Shown here: positions 41,128 through 53,249 of the stretch, one piece after another
Layout: each line of letters starts with the position of its first letter
Numbering within the stretch: position 1 is the stretch's first letter
From: Acidobacteriota bacterium
GTDB taxonomy: Bacteria; Acidobacteriota; CAIWXX01
DNA: 64,000 nucleotides
NCBI GenBank assembly: GCA_040755995.1
Contig: JBFMAF010000008.1
Span: 202,549 to 266,548 of the forward strand
Direction: 5' to 3'
The notes under the pieces: generated by a model
The model's input: the letters and a program-made list of their open reading frames with translations, nothing else
Databases searched by the model: none
Told to the model about the DNA's origin: nothing
Position numbers and translations under genes: made by a program

Positions 41128-41631
41128 ATGCGATCCCAGCCCAGCACAACCGGAGGAGACGCTGCAACGCATCGGCGACGGTTGGGCCTCGCATCCGCCG
41201 TGTTCGCGGCGCTCCTGGCGGTCCATGCCATCTTCTCGGCATGGGCCGTCGGCGGACTCTGCTACCGGCGGCTTCGCTTCATCAACTGGTGGTTGCACGC
41301 TGATCTAGAGACGCACGAGCAGTATCTCTACAAGCCCGAGTACGCAGACCTGACCCGTCGCTGTCTATCAGTGATCCCGAGCGGCGACCGAGTGTTGGTG
41401 CGCACGGACGGGTTCCCCTGGCTCCTGAACTACTACCTCTATCCCATCGCGCTGTACCAGGAAACAACAACCCCTCCCGCCAACCAACGCGTCTTCCTTC
41501 CGTCGCCCCGGCAGGCCGCGTATCCCGCGCGCACTGATATCGGCGCAGAATGGATCATCGAAGATCATTCTGAAGGAGCGGGACGAAGCCAACGGCTGAT
41601 TCGAGTCAGCCCGGAGAGTCCGCCTCGCTGA
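41128..41631 (+). CDS. Hypothetical membrane-anchored protein
   Basis: One TM segment and a YYLYP motif; adjacent to the GT-C-like gene. Start uncertain. Confidence 0.55.
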   Translation: MRSQPSTTGGDAATHRRRLGLASAVFAALLAVHAIFSAWAVGGLCYRRLRFINWWLHADLETHEQYLYKPEYADLTRRCLSVIPSGDRVLVRTDGFPWLLNYYLYPIALYQETTTPPANQRVFLPSPRQAAYPARTDIGAEWIIEDHSEGAGRSQRLIRVSPESPPR

Positions 41632-41642
41632 TCACACTGTTC

Positions 41643-42977
41643 GTGCCGGCGCTTCTGCTGCTATGGGGCGGCACAGGATTGCTATGCGCCGGCGGTCTGG
41701 CGCGCAGGCTCAACCTCGCCGAGCTCCTCTCCCTGTCACTCATGGCAGGGATGGGAACAGTGGGAGTGTGGGGCCTGCTCATCATGGGAGCCGGCCTGCG
41801 ATTCGGCATCCTGACCGCGAGCGCGATCCTGCTGGCAGTCGGCTGCTTCGGCATCCCGCAGTGGCGGAGGCGCTGGCGAACCCGGCAGCGGCCCCACCGC
41901 CTCGGTCCCGTGGCGGCCGTCTTCGCAGTGCTGTTCACTGCTGCCGCGGTGAAGCCTCTTCTGGAGGTGCATTGGCTGCCCCTCTTGGGATGGGACAGCC
42001 GGATCACCTGGGGCTACAAGGCGAAGGTGATTCTGGAGGAGGGGACGGTGCGTGTTCCGGCATTCGAGGATCCGTACCGCGTACACCTGCAGCCCGCGTA
42101 TCCTGTGCTGGTTCCGATCGTGCAGGCCTACTGCGCCGGGTTCGACGTGACTCGCAATGATGGGGACTTCAAGATCCCGATCGCATTGGCCAACCTGGCC
42201 GCTATCATGCTGCTCGCAGGAACGTTGCGCCGGCGCACCGATTCGACGGCCGCGTGTTTCGGTGGAGCCTGCCTGCTGGGCTACCTGCCCGCGTGGGCAT
42301 CGGCGATCGAGGTCTCGCTGCCCGAGGTCGTGTCCGGCGCCTGCAACCTAGCGGCGGCAGTCCTCCTCGCCCGCTGGTTCAGCGAGCGCGACTCCCTTGT
42401 CGCTTCGTGGGCCGTCCTGTTCGCCGCGATGTCCGGCTTGAGCAAAGGCGAAGGGATGATCTTCCTGTTTGCATGCGTGGGGCTGCTCCTGATCAGCGCT
42501 ATCCGGATGGGCCGTGTCAGACCCGCACTGTCCACGGGGAGTCTGCCGATAGCGCTTGCTCTGATCGGCCTCGCCGGCTGGAAGTCCCTCGAGCTTCACC
42601 TGCCCGTCGTGTGTACGATGGATTACTGGGGTCTCTTCGTGTCCGGGCAATGGAGTGTTTCCTGGGCGAAGCTCTGTCTCATTGCGAGAGAGTATGCCAG
42701 CGCAGCAGTATCCCCCTATTCTTGGGGATTGCTCTTCCCACTCTATGCCCTTGCGCTCGTCAGATCGACACGGGAGCAACGGCTTCTAGGTCTGGTAGTC
42801 CTGACCTACGTGGCAGCGTTGGTGCCCGCCTTCGTCCTCTCCTCGTGGAATCCTCTCGATGCTCACATCCGCATAGCGTTCCCGCGCATCCTTCTTCAAG
42901 TCGCCCCGATCGCCGCTCTGAACGTCGCCGAAGTGTGTGCGGCGTGGTTCGGTCCGCCGCAACAGCCGGCAGGCTGA
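41643..42977 (+). CDS. Polytopic membrane protein, GT-C (GT39/ArnT-like) glycosyltransferase candidate
   Basis: Many TM segments; WD..TW..KAK, H..YP.LVP and K.EG motifs. Confidence 0.62.
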   Translation: MPALLLLWGGTGLLCAGGLARRLNLAELLSLSLMAGMGTVGVWGLLIMGAGLRFGILTASAILLAVGCFGIPQWRRRWRTRQRPHRLGPVAAVFAVLFTAAAVKPLLEVHWLPLLGWDSRITWGYKAKVILEEGTVRVPAFEDPYRVHLQPAYPVLVPIVQAYCAGFDVTRNDGDFKIPIALANLAAIMLLAGTLRRRTDSTAACFGGACLLGYLPAWASAIEVSLPEVVSGACNLAAAVLLARWFSERDSLVASWAVLFAAMSGLSKGEGMIFLFACVGLLLISAIRMGRVRPALSTGSLPIALALIGLAGWKSLELHLPVVCTMDYWGLFVSGQWSVSWAKLCLIAREYASAAVSPYSWGLLFPLYALALVRSTREQRLLGLVVLTYVAALVPAFVLSSWNPLDAHIRIAFPRILLQVAPIAALNVAEVCAAWFGPPQQPAG

Positions 42978-43054
42978 TCACGGTCGCGCCGGCCCCGGCT
43001 TCGTCGCCGGACGCTCCGGCGGTGTTATTGGCCGACCGCTCGACCCCCGGCACG

Positions 43055-44827
43055 CTATTCCAACGTACACTTCCTCCCGGCGTTGGCTTTCTTCAAGTAC
43101 GCCATCAGGGGCTCGTAGTAGTCGAGCATCGCCTGAGCGCTGAGATCGGCGCCGGTGCGCTCGCGCAGGAGGGATCTCCAGTCGGCTGTGGCGCCTGGCT
43201 TCATGATCTCTCTTAGGAAGCGCCCGGTTTCCTTGCTGCCGAAGTAGTCGGCCGAATGCGGGTCCTGCTTGAGGATCTGCTTCGAGATATAGTCGTGCAG
43301 GTGGAACTTCAGGACTGTTCCGAGCGCATAGTCGTAGTACTGAGCAGGGTCGTCGTTGATGTGGGTTTTGCTGGCGGCGTCACAGTACTCCTCGCCACGC
43401 GGCGAAGGCGGAACGATGCCCTGGTACTTCCTGACGTACTCCCACCAACGCGCGTTGTACTGGGCCGGCGGCAGGTTCTTCTCGTAGAGGTCGTGTTCGA
43501 AGTGACTCATGGTGCCCGCGGCAAACGGGAGATAGACCACGGAAGACCCGGCGAGCGCGTCGTCGAGGAGCCACTGTATCTCGTCGATAGGCCTGTCCGC
43601 CGGCAGCAGGCCGATCTCGCGGAGGTACGGCCGCTGGCACGACGCGATCCCGATCAGGTCGCCGATCCCCTCATGGAACGCGCGATTGGCCCCCTCGCGG
43701 AGGAGAATCGGGACGCCGGGGTTCGAGTAGCTCATGTAGTAGTAGATGTGCCCGAGCTCGTGATGCGCGGTCTTGAACCAAGTAGCGTTGGGCTTGACGC
43801 TCATCAGCGACCGGACGTCGTCGTCGAGGTTGATGTGCCAGGCTGACGCGTGGGTGTTCTTCTTGCGAGCGCCCTCGGGCGGATAGAGGTCCGAGCGTTT
43901 CCAGAAGCCCGCATTCAGCGGATCGAATCCCATGGACACATAGAACGCCTCCGCCTGCCGGACAACCCATTCTTTCGTTCTGTCCTGGAACAGCGAGTCC
44001 ATGTCGATCGCATCGACGACACCCGGCCAGTTCTGTCCCCAGCGATTGGCGAGCCAGTGGGCGGGGAGCATGTCCGGGACCGGCTGGTTGTAGCGTTTGG
44101 CCAGTTCGTAGCGGCAGTATGTGTGGATCTCCCTGTAGAGCGGCCGCAGCTGATCGAGGAATCCATCGAGCAGGGCCATCATTGCCGGCGTGGTCATCCC
44201 GTATGCCGCAACCTCCAGGTCGAAATACGACGAGAACCCCATCTCGCGAGCCACGCGGTTTCGCAGCTCTTGCAAGTCGACAAGGCCGGCTCGAAGGCTC
44301 TTGCCGACTTCCTTCGACGCTTCCCATGCAGCAAGCCGCTGCTCGAGGTCGCGCGAGTCGACCAGGATGTCATCGATGTCGTTCGGAGTCACCGGCTTCC
44401 CATCGATCTTGAAGTCGAAGCCGTACAGCGCGGCGCTCTGATCGGACTCGGCCTTGACCAGCCTCGAGACGACCTCGGGAATGGTGCCTGGCCGATGGGC
44501 CGCGGCCAGCCGCATCATCTCGATCTGCCTGGCCTGGAGCGGCGTGAGCGCCCCTTTCTGCATCAAGAGGGTTTTCAACTTCTCGATCGTTTCCTTCCTG
44601 CCGATGAAAACCGAGAAAGCTTCGTTCGCCTTGACCTCCGCCGCACTGTGCTCGTCGGTTATGTCGGTATTGGCGAGCCACGACGCCTCTGATGCGGCCG
44701 TGTACAGCTTCTGGTACTCCGCCGTGTAGGCCCCGATGAAATCGTCGACATCCGATCCCGGTTCCGCACCGAGTGCGACGCACGGTAGTCTCAGCATGAC
44801 AATCGCAAACGCCACTAACATCCTCAT
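43055..44827 (-). CDS. M2 family metallopeptidase (peptidyl-dipeptidase A, ACE-like), exported
   Basis: Signal peptide; LPAHWL.N.WGQ.W, HASAW, HHELGH, REGAN.AFHEGIG and KTHI. Confidence 0.93.
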   Translation of the reverse strand: MRMLVAFAIVMLRLPCVALGAEPGSDVDDFIGAYTAEYQKLYTAASEASWLANTDITDEHSAAEVKANEAFSVFIGRKETIEKLKTLLMQKGALTPLQARQIEMMRLAAAHRPGTIPEVVSRLVKAESDQSAALYGFDFKIDGKPVTPNDIDDILVDSRDLEQRLAAWEASKEVGKSLRAGLVDLQELRNRVAREMGFSSYFDLEVAAYGMTTPAMMALLDGFLDQLRPLYREIHTYCRYELAKRYNQPVPDMLPAHWLANRWGQNWPGVVDAIDMDSLFQDRTKEWVVRQAEAFYVSMGFDPLNAGFWKRSDLYPPEGARKKNTHASAWHINLDDDVRSLMSVKPNATWFKTAHHELGHIYYYMSYSNPGVPILLREGANRAFHEGIGDLIGIASCQRPYLREIGLLPADRPIDEIQWLLDDALAGSSVVYLPFAAGTMSHFEHDLYEKNLPPAQYNARWWEYVRKYQGIVPPSPRGEEYCDAASKTHINDDPAQYYDYALGTVLKFHLHDYISKQILKQDPHSADYFGSKETGRFLREIMKPGATADWRSLLRERTGADLSAQAMLDYYEPLMAYLKKANAGRKCTLE

Positions 44828-45109
44828 CAGCCTCTCCTCGTGAATCCGGGAGCCCTTCCTGCGGGCCCCGGAGAACCTCGCCGCTTGTAGCACACGGGTC
44901 CGAGTATGGTCAAGGTTGAGTGGCGGCAAGGCGGCAGATTCGTTGCTCGAAGGAGTCGGTTGAACCGCTCATATGCGGCTCCGCCTGCGGATTTGGCAGA
45001 CGCCTGATGCACGACCCACTCCTGCAAACGAGGGGGCTGGGCAACGGCAATGAGGAACCGCTTCTCCCGACAGCCCATCGAGAAGGCCTACTTGCCCCTC
45101 GCACCAAGC

Positions 45110-45400
45110 TCAAGGGGCGAAGGGCGTCCCACCCAGAAGCCATCGCCAGGCCGGAACAGCGTGTACAACGACGCCGTCGCTTTCGATTCGTTGCTCCTGG
45201 TTCATCGTAATCACCAGGTTGTCGCGAGTGCCGAAGTAGCTGGCCGTGGTCACCAGCGGTTCTATCTCGCGGCGCAGCGTGTCTGGCAGGCTGATGTCCA
45301 TGCTGACCTGGACCGCCTGAATAGGTCTTCCATGCTGATCGGACACCAGGAAGTCCACCTCCTGGCGCTTGCTCCGCGTCAGGTAGTGGCGGACTCGGGC
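45110..45400 (-). pseudogene. C-terminal remnant of an AAA/DUF4143-type ATP-binding protein
   Basis: HYLTRSKRQEVDFLV...AVQVS..REI.PL...VPAWRWLL; no Walker A region upstream. Confidence 0.62.
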
Positions 45401-45509
45401 GTGGTTCCGGTGCACACGAACGTGCTCGCCATGGGCAACGCGCTCGGCGACTTCTGAAAGCTTCTCTGTGACTGCCTCATCAAGGCGAATCACGAATCCT
45501 CCCCACCTT

Positions 45510-45704
45510 CTATAAGTATACCACGCCGGAGACGGCAGCACGGCTCAGCGAGTACTTCTGCTCTCTGGAATAGCAGAACTCGCATCCATGCTGGCAGCCT
45601 GTGCACGGATACGCGCTGTACCTCGTCCAGAACCAGTGATCGGCCCGCTTGTGCTTGTTGAGGATGGTCCCGGGCTGATACGGGATAAAGACTGCCCTGC
45701 GCAC
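45510..45704 (-). pseudogene. N-terminal remnant of an SPL/Rv2578c-like radical SAM gene
   Basis: TILNKH...YSAYPCTGCQHGCEFCY (CxxxCxxC), followed by a stop ~20 aa later. Confidence 0.68.
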
Positions 45705-45837
45705 GACGCGGCGACGTGTTCAAGTAGCGCTTGCGTCCAGGATGGCGCAATGCCGCCGTTTCGGCCCGCAGACTTCACGCCAGAGCCCGTGAGCATTATT
45801 GCGAGCACTGTCACATAATAAATGCTTGCTGGGGATC

Positions 45838-47127
45838 TCATCTCTCGCCTCCCTCTTCAAGATGTGCACAGATGTCGTATGCCCCGACCGACGCAGGAAG
45901 GACCCTGGAAACTGGGCTGGACATGACCACCTCAGGCTCAGATGCGGTCGATGAAAGGACCTTGATCTTCACATCGAGCGGTTCAACGGTCGGGTCCAGA
46001 GGCTTCACGAGACCTTCGCATGCATCGATGGTCCCATCCCACGATGTTCGGAAGGCGAAGCCTTTCGAATAGAGCAGAAGGTGGAAGTCGTAGGCGCTCC
46101 TGGATGCGGCGAGGATGATTGAGCCGTCGGCTGAGGGGCTCACTGTGAGGTTCCCCTTCTCCCCGCTGACCCGGTACCTCTTCGCCCACAGGACCTGCCC
46201 CGAGGAATCCAAACGGGCCAGCGCCGCTCCTTGTCCAGCCGTGGCGATGACTATCGTGCCGTCTCGGTCCTCATAGCCCGATACGAGGTAGTAGGATTCG
46301 AGGTCGATCCTCTCGGACCAGGCTGGATCGCCGTTCGAATCGAGCTTCAGAACCGCACATCCTCCCTCGCTGTAGCCCCCCACGACGAGATAGCCTCCGT
46401 CGTTCATCACAGTGACGCTCCCGAGTCCTCCGTAGCGCATCGCGGGGAGGGTATACGTCTTCAGCCATTGTGGATCGCCCGAACGGTCAAGTTTCAAGAT
46501 CGCATTGTAGCTTGCCTGGATGACCGCGCCCCCATCCGGCGTGATCCCGAGCGTATTAACGTCGATCAGCAAACGGGGACTATACGTTCTGTTCAGAGAG
46601 ATACCGCCCACGCTGTCGAGCTTCAGGAGTTTGCAGCCCTCATTGTCCCAGTCGGGGCCGGCGAGAAGAAATCCGCCGTCCTCGGATTCCTGAACTCGTT
46701 CCAGATCTACCTTGGCAAACGTTCTCTCCCAGAGCTTGCGCCCGTCCGAATCCATCCTCACGCACCAGCTTTCCCCTCCGTAGTAGGACTCCCAGCTCCG
46801 GTACCCCACGAGCAAGTAGCCGCCGTCTCGCGTCTGGATGACCTCCGTGAATCCATCGCGCCCCAGGCCACCCAGAGTCTTCTGCCACTGCCACTTCCCC
46901 TCCGCGTCGAGCTTCCCCACCCAGCCGTCATAGTAATAGCCGCCGAACGCCGCCGTGTAACCGACGACCACGCAGCCCCCATCGGCTGTGGCAGTTGCGC
47001 GCCCGAACCTGGCGGTGTAGCCCCAATGGGAGAAGATCCGCGCCCAGGTCGATTCGGCGACTGCTGCACCGGGGGCGACGGCGGCGAGGATCACCGCCAT
47101 CCCTGCCGCGAGAACTCTCTTCGGCAT
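45838..47127 (-). CDS. Secreted beta-propeller-like repeat protein
   Basis: Signal peptide; repeated T.DGGY.VVG...KLD..G...W units. Confidence 0.78.
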   Translation of the reverse strand: MPKRVLAAGMAVILAAVAPGAAVAESTWARIFSHWGYTARFGRATATADGGCVVVGYTAAFGGYYYDGWVGKLDAEGKWQWQKTLGGLGRDGFTEVIQTRDGGYLLVGYRSWESYYGGESWCVRMDSDGRKLWERTFAKVDLERVQESEDGGFLLAGPDWDNEGCKLLKLDSVGGISLNRTYSPRLLIDVNTLGITPDGGAVIQASYNAILKLDRSGDPQWLKTYTLPAMRYGGLGSVTVMNDGGYLVVGGYSEGGCAVLKLDSNGDPAWSERIDLESYYLVSGYEDRDGTIVIATAGQGAALARLDSSGQVLWAKRYRVSGEKGNLTVSPSADGSIILAASRSAYDFHLLLYSKGFAFRTSWDGTIDACEGLVKPLDPTVEPLDVKIKVLSSTASEPEVVMSSPVSRVLPASVGAYDICAHLEEGGER

Positions 47128-47425
47128 TCCTCACCTCCTACTCAAGCATCTATCCCGCGCGCTCGGTTTCCTTTTGTACCCTTCTAGCGGCATAGCAGAC
47201 AACGCATCCTCTTGTACATGCCAGGAAATCGCGCGGCGCAGGACCCACCATTGCGCGATGCTAGCATCTCATGCAGAAATGAGGCAATGCCGGCCCGGCG
47301 TCTCGGCCCACGCTGTCCGGTCGCGACGCTGCGATTGAACTCGCGCGCGTGAATCACGTATAACTCCTCCTTATGGTTAGTCTTGTCTCTGTTCGAAGTC
47401 GGAACTACAAGGAGGTTTCTACCTG

Positions 47426-48751
<1,326 letters not shown>

Positions 48752-48753
48752 TC

Positions 48754-50253
48754 ATGCGAAATCGATGGATGACGGCCATGGCAATAGCGCTTATCTCATC
48801 CGCGGTCTGGGCCGCGGAGTCTCCTCAGTTCGTCCTCATGCAGAATCCGGACTCCCCGTTCGTGACCTTCCGCTTCTGGATAAAAGCCGGGTCCGCGTGC
48901 GACCCGCTTGGAAAAGAAGGCGTAGCCTGCCTCACCGGCGCCATGATCGGCCAGGGGAGCACACGCAACAACCCGTACGAGGCCATCCTGCGCAAGATGT
49001 TCCCGCTTGCGGCGTCCTACGAGGTCCAGGTGGACCGGGAAATGACCGTTCTGCTGGGAACCGTCCACAAGGACAATCTCGCCCCCTTCTACGCGCTCCT
49101 CAAGGACGCGCTCCTCGCGCCCGCTTTCTCGGCCGACGACTTCAATCGCTTGAAGACCGACCAGGCCAACTACATCGAGACATCGCTCCGGTACAGCTCC
49201 GACGAGGAGCTCGGCAAGGCCGTGCTGCATTCCGTGGCCTTCGAAGGTACGTCCTATGCTCACCCCGAAGAGGGCCTGGTCCAGCCGGTTAAGGCGCTCA
49301 CGATCGACGATGTCAAGGCCTTCTACTCGAAGTACTACACACGTAGTAATATCACGGTGGGCATCGCCGGCGGATTCACCGACGAGCTGGTGGCCCAGAT
49401 TCGCAAAGACATCGACGCGCTGCCTGCGGGAGTCCCGGCCCAGCGGGTCGTGCCGGCCCCGCCGAAGGGGCCGCGGGGATTGCGTGTTGTACTGGTCGAG
49501 AAGGACACGCGCAGCACCGCCATCTCCTTCGGCCACCGCTTCGATCTCACGCGCGCCAGCGACGACTTCTACCCGCTCATGATCGCCAATTCCTGGCTGG
49601 GCGAGCACCGGAATTCGTTCTCGCACCTCTACCAGGTGATGCGCGAGGCGCGCGGGCTGAACTACGGCGACTACAGCTACCTGGAGTGGTTCCCTATGGG
49701 AGGCCGCTACGAGGTGCCGCGTCCCAACTATGCGCGGCACGCGCAGATGTTCGAGGTCTGGATCCGGCCGGTCACCAACGAGGCGCGCCATTTCGCACTG
49801 AGGCAGGCCGTCCGCGAGGTGGGGATGCTGGTGGAGAATGGAATGACGCCGGAGACGTTCGGACTGACTCAGAATTACCTCCTGAACTACTGCCTGAACT
49901 ACGCGCCGACCGAGTCATACCGGCTGGGCTACGGGCTGGACGACATGTTCTACGGATTGCCGGAGAGCCACCTGGACCGCATTCAGAAGCGCGTCAAGGC
50001 GGCCGCACTCGACCAGGTCAACGCGGCGCTCAAGAAGCACATCGACCCGGGCAACTTCACGATCGTCATCGTGACGAAGGATGCGGAGGCGCTGAGGAAG
50101 GCGCTCATCGAGAACGCGACGAGTCCCATGAAGTACGACTCGCCGACACCGGAGTCCATCCTCGCCGAGGACAAGGTGATCCAGGACTACAAGCTCCAGA
50201 TCGCCCCTGAAAACATCCGCATCATTCCGATTTCGGAGGTTTTCGAGAAGTAG
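48754..50253 (+). CDS. M16 peptidase, non-catalytic partner subunit
   Basis: GSACDPLGKEG without HxxEH; R/Y motif MREARGLNY; starts 2 bp after the first subunit. Confidence 0.9.
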   Translation: MRNRWMTAMAIALISSAVWAAESPQFVLMQNPDSPFVTFRFWIKAGSACDPLGKEGVACLTGAMIGQGSTRNNPYEAILRKMFPLAASYEVQVDREMTVLLGTVHKDNLAPFYALLKDALLAPAFSADDFNRLKTDQANYIETSLRYSSDEELGKAVLHSVAFEGTSYAHPEEGLVQPVKALTIDDVKAFYSKYYTRSNITVGIAGGFTDELVAQIRKDIDALPAGVPAQRVVPAPPKGPRGLRVVLVEKDTRSTAISFGHRFDLTRASDDFYPLMIANSWLGEHRNSFSHLYQVMREARGLNYGDYSYLEWFPMGGRYEVPRPNYARHAQMFEVWIRPVTNEARHFALRQAVREVGMLVENGMTPETFGLTQNYLLNYCLNYAPTESYRLGYGLDDMFYGLPESHLDRIQKRVKAAALDQVNAALKKHIDPGNFTIVIVTKDAEALRKALIENATSPMKYDSPTPESILAEDKVIQDYKLQIAPENIRIIPISEVFEK

Positions 50254-50272
50254 CTCGGAGGACTGGCATCAC

Positions 50273-50316
50273 AGGGCCCTGGTACCCCTGCTCACGGCAC
50301 GAGGTACCGGGGCCCT
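50273..50316. terminator. GC-rich hairpin between convergent genes
   Basis: AGGGCCCTGGTACC...GGTACCGGGGCCCT; no U-tract. Confidence 0.4.
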
Positions 50317-50417
50317 CCACTCTCTACTCTCCACTCTCTACGCGGGGCGCGGCCAAGACGGCCTCGCATGCGTCATCGATCGGAGGCCGTGCCTCGCCAG
50401 TCCGGGCCCGCGCCTCG

Positions 50418-51347
50418 CTACCCTTTGGCGTCCGTGAGCTCGAACATCCGTTCGAGCGGCTTCAGCGCCCTCAGTCGCAGAGACTCCTCCATCTCGATCT
50501 GCGGGCGCAGGTCTCGGAGGCAGAGGTAGAGCTTCTCGAGCGTGTTCTTTTTCATGTGAGGGCAGACGTTGCAGGCGCAGGTGTTGTCCGGCGGAGCCGA
50601 TATGAAAGTCTTGTCGGGGCAGGACCGCTTCATCTGGTGGATGATGCCCGGCTCGGTGACGACGATGAACTCGGTCGCGGGGCTGCTGACGGTGTACTTG
50701 AGGATGCCCGTAGTCGAGCCGACGTAGTCGGCGTGGCGCAGAACCGGCTCCTCGCACTCCGGGTGCGCCAGCACCTTGGCGCTCGGGTGTTGCTCCTTGA
50801 GCTGGACCAGCTTCTTTTCGCTAAAAATCTCGTGGACGATGCAGGAGCCCTGCCAGAGAAGCATGTCGCGGCCGGTCTGCTTGGCGACGTAGGCGCCAAG
50901 GTTGCGATCGGGCGCAAAGATGATCGACTGGTCTTTCGGCAGCCGCTCCACGATCGTCTTGGCGTTGCTGGATGTGCAGATGACGTCGCTCATGGCCTTG
51001 ATGGCGGCGCTGGTGTTGATGTACGAGACGACAATGTGGTCCGGGTGCAGCCGCTTGTACTCGGCGAAGGCGTCCGGGGGGCAGCTGTCGGAGAGCGAGC
51101 AGCCCGCATCCAGGTCCGGGACGACGACCGTCTTGGACGGGTTCAGAATCTTGGCGGTTTCCGCCATGAAGTGGACGCCGCAGAAGGCGATCACGTCGGC
51201 CTCCGTGCCGCGGGCCGCGCGGGCCAGCTGCAAGCTGTCTCCTACGAAGTCGCCCAGGTCCTGGAGCTCCGATTCCTGGTAGTAGTGGGCGAGGATGATC
51301 GCGTTGCGTTCCTGCTTCAGCTTCCGTATTTCAGTCGCGTAGTCCAT
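50418..51347 (-). CDS. nadA: Quinolinate synthase
   Basis: [43 protein letters not shown] and CPHM. Confidence 0.96.
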   Translation of the reverse strand: MDYATEIRKLKQERNAIILAHYYQESELQDLGDFVGDSLQLARAARGTEADVIAFCGVHFMAETAKILNPSKTVVVPDLDAGCSLSDSCPPDAFAEYKRLHPDHIVVSYINTSAAIKAMSDVICTSSNAKTIVERLPKDQSIIFAPDRNLGAYVAKQTGRDMLLWQGSCIVHEIFSEKKLVQLKEQHPSAKVLAHPECEEPVLRHADYVGSTTGILKYTVSSPATEFIVVTEPGIIHQMKRSCPDKTFISAPPDNTCACNVCPHMKKNTLEKLYLCLRDLRPQIEMEESLRLRALKPLERMFELTDAKG

Positions 51348-51355
51348 AAGTCCTG

Positions 51356-51384
51356 AATATGATGGTTGAGCGATGTGGTGTCAA
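51356..51384 (-). promoter_or_regulatory. Sigma70-like promoter for nadA
   Basis: Minus strand TTGACA-17 bp-CATATT, with 8 nt between the -10 box and the ATG. Confidence 0.55.
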
Positions 51385-51412
51385 GTGCGACGAGGAAACG
51401 GGCGCGCCCGTC

Positions 51413-52459
51413 TCACCACCGGCCGGGAATGGCCGCCGAGCATCTGGGGCAGTTGCCGTTCTTCAGGTTGTTCTGGAGCACGCTGAAGCCGACGCGCTCG
51501 ATGAGGAGAGCGTGGCAGGCGGGACAGTAGGTGTTCTCGAGGTTCTCGGTGAAGCCCGGCCGGTTGCCGGCGTAGACGAATCGCAACCCTTCTTCTTTGC
51601 CGATGCTCGCCGCGCGCGTCAACGCCGCGGCGCTGGTGCTCCTCCGGTCCGTCATCTTGTAGTCGGGGTGGAACGCTGTGACGTGCCACGGGATGTCGCG
51701 CGAGACGGAGGCGACGAAGCGCGCGATATCGCGGAGCTCCCGGTCCGAGTCGTTGAAGCCCGTCACCACGAGCGTCACGATCTCGACCCAGAACCCCTTC
51801 TCGTGAAGCAGCCGGATCGTGTCGAGCGTGTTCTGGAGCACTCCTCCGAGCTGGCGGTATCCTTTCTCGGAGAATCCCTTCAGGTCTACCTTGAACAGAT
51901 CGAGCCACCGCCGCAGGAACTCGACCACCTCCGGCGTTCCGTTCCCGTTGGAGACGTAGGATGTAGCGAGGCCTCTGGCCTTTGCCTCCTTGAACACCTC
52001 CACAGCCCATTCGCTGGTTATCAGCGGCTCGTTGTACGTGCTGGTGATGACTCGCGCACCGGCCCGCACGGCCGCGCGCACGATGTCCGCGGGGGCGATT
52101 TCGCGGATGGATCCGTAGCCGTCCGGATCGCGCGGTGCCTGCGAAGAGATCCAGTTCTGGCAGAACGGGCAGTGGAAGTTGCAGCCGAGCATTCCGAAGC
52201 TCATGGCGATGGCGCCGGGATAGGCGTGGAAGAACGGCTTCTTTTCGATTGGATCCGCCTGCAAGCCGGCCACGTAACCGGTGGGAGCATAGAGCACGCC
52301 GTCGCGGTTGAAACGTATCTTGCAGATCCCGTCGCGGCCCGGCATGACAACGCAGCGATGACCGCACGCGGTGCACCGCACCTTACCCTTCTCCTGCTCC
52401 TGGAAGAGCAGAGCCCTCTTGGTGTGCGGAGCCAGGGCCTCGGCCAGCGTCGCTGCCAT
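51413..52459 (-). CDS. amrS: AmmeMemoRadiSam system radical SAM enzyme
   Basis: CTACGHRC...G.C..R, DPIEKKP.FH, GCNFHCPFCQNW.ISQ, TYNEP and WHVTAFHPDY. Confidence 0.93.
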   Translation of the reverse strand: MAATLAEALAPHTKRALLFQEQEKGKVRCTACGHRCVVMPGRDGICKIRFNRDGVLYAPTGYVAGLQADPIEKKPFFHAYPGAIAMSFGMLGCNFHCPFCQNWISSQAPRDPDGYGSIREIAPADIVRAAVRAGARVITSTYNEPLITSEWAVEVFKEAKARGLATSYVSNGNGTPEVVEFLRRWLDLFKVDLKGFSEKGYRQLGGVLQNTLDTIRLLHEKGFWVEIVTLVVTGFNDSDRELRDIARFVASVSRDIPWHVTAFHPDYKMTDRRSTSAAALTRAASIGKEEGLRFVYAGNRPGFTENLENTYCPACHALLIERVGFSVLQNNLKNGNCPRCSAAIPGRW

Positions 52460-52548
52460 CCTCTCACCTCATTTCAATTCTAGAGACGCAATGCCGAATC
52501 TTCAAGCCGGGGAGCCGGATAACGCCGAGAAGTCCGATATTGGAATCG

Positions 52549-53190
52549 TCATACACCTCTTGCGCCGGCGCCCCAGATCACCTTGTGTAGCTGCACCTGC
52601 ATGCGCGCCTCGATGCCGGACTGCAAGACCCACGACGCGAGCTGGTCCAGCGGCGTCCGGCCCCATACGGGCGAGAAGATTATGCCGCACCGGCCGGCCA
52701 GCGCGCGCCCGCCAATCACAGAGAGCGCGAAGTCGAAATCGGCGCGATCCCTCACGACGAACTTCACATCGTCCTCCGCGGTGAGCAGGTCGAAGTTCTC
52801 GGCCAGCGTCTTCATCTGTTCTCCACTGCTCGGGCATTTCACGTCCATGATCCTGACGACACCGCCGGGCACGGTACGAAGGGACATCGTGCCGTTTGTC
52901 TCCAGCAGCACGCGATAACCGAGCTCCAGCAACGCCCTTAACAGATCCGCGGAATGCGCCTGCATGAGCGGCTCTCCCCCGGTCAACTCGACCATACACC
53001 CCTGATACGCGCGAACCCTGTCCACGATTTCGCGGACGGTCATATCGACCCCGCTGTCGTACGCATAGGTGGTGTCGCACCACGCGCAGCGCAGGTTGCA
53101 CCCGGCGAGTCTCACGAAGACACACGGGTACCCGATCCAGCGGCTCTCCCCCTGGATGCTGTAGAATATCTCGTTGACCTTCAGGATCAC
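52549..53190 (-). CDS. queE: 7-carboxy-7-deazaguanine synthase
   Basis: EIFYSIQGE, FVRLAGCNLRCAWCDT, TGGEP, ETNG and QLHK. Confidence 0.93.
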   Translation of the reverse strand: MILKVNEIFYSIQGESRWIGYPCVFVRLAGCNLRCAWCDTTYAYDSGVDMTVREIVDRVRAYQGCMVELTGGEPLMQAHSADLLRALLELGYRVLLETNGTMSLRTVPGGVVRIMDVKCPSSGEQMKTLAENFDLLTAEDDVKFVVRDRADFDFALSVIGGRALAGRCGIIFSPVWGRTPLDQLASWVLQSGIEARMQVQLHKVIWGAGARGV

Positions 53191-53249
53191 TCCTGAATGA
53201 TACCTGATATGAGAGGGAAATCGGAGATGCCAGTGGAGCGAGGCCGGCG

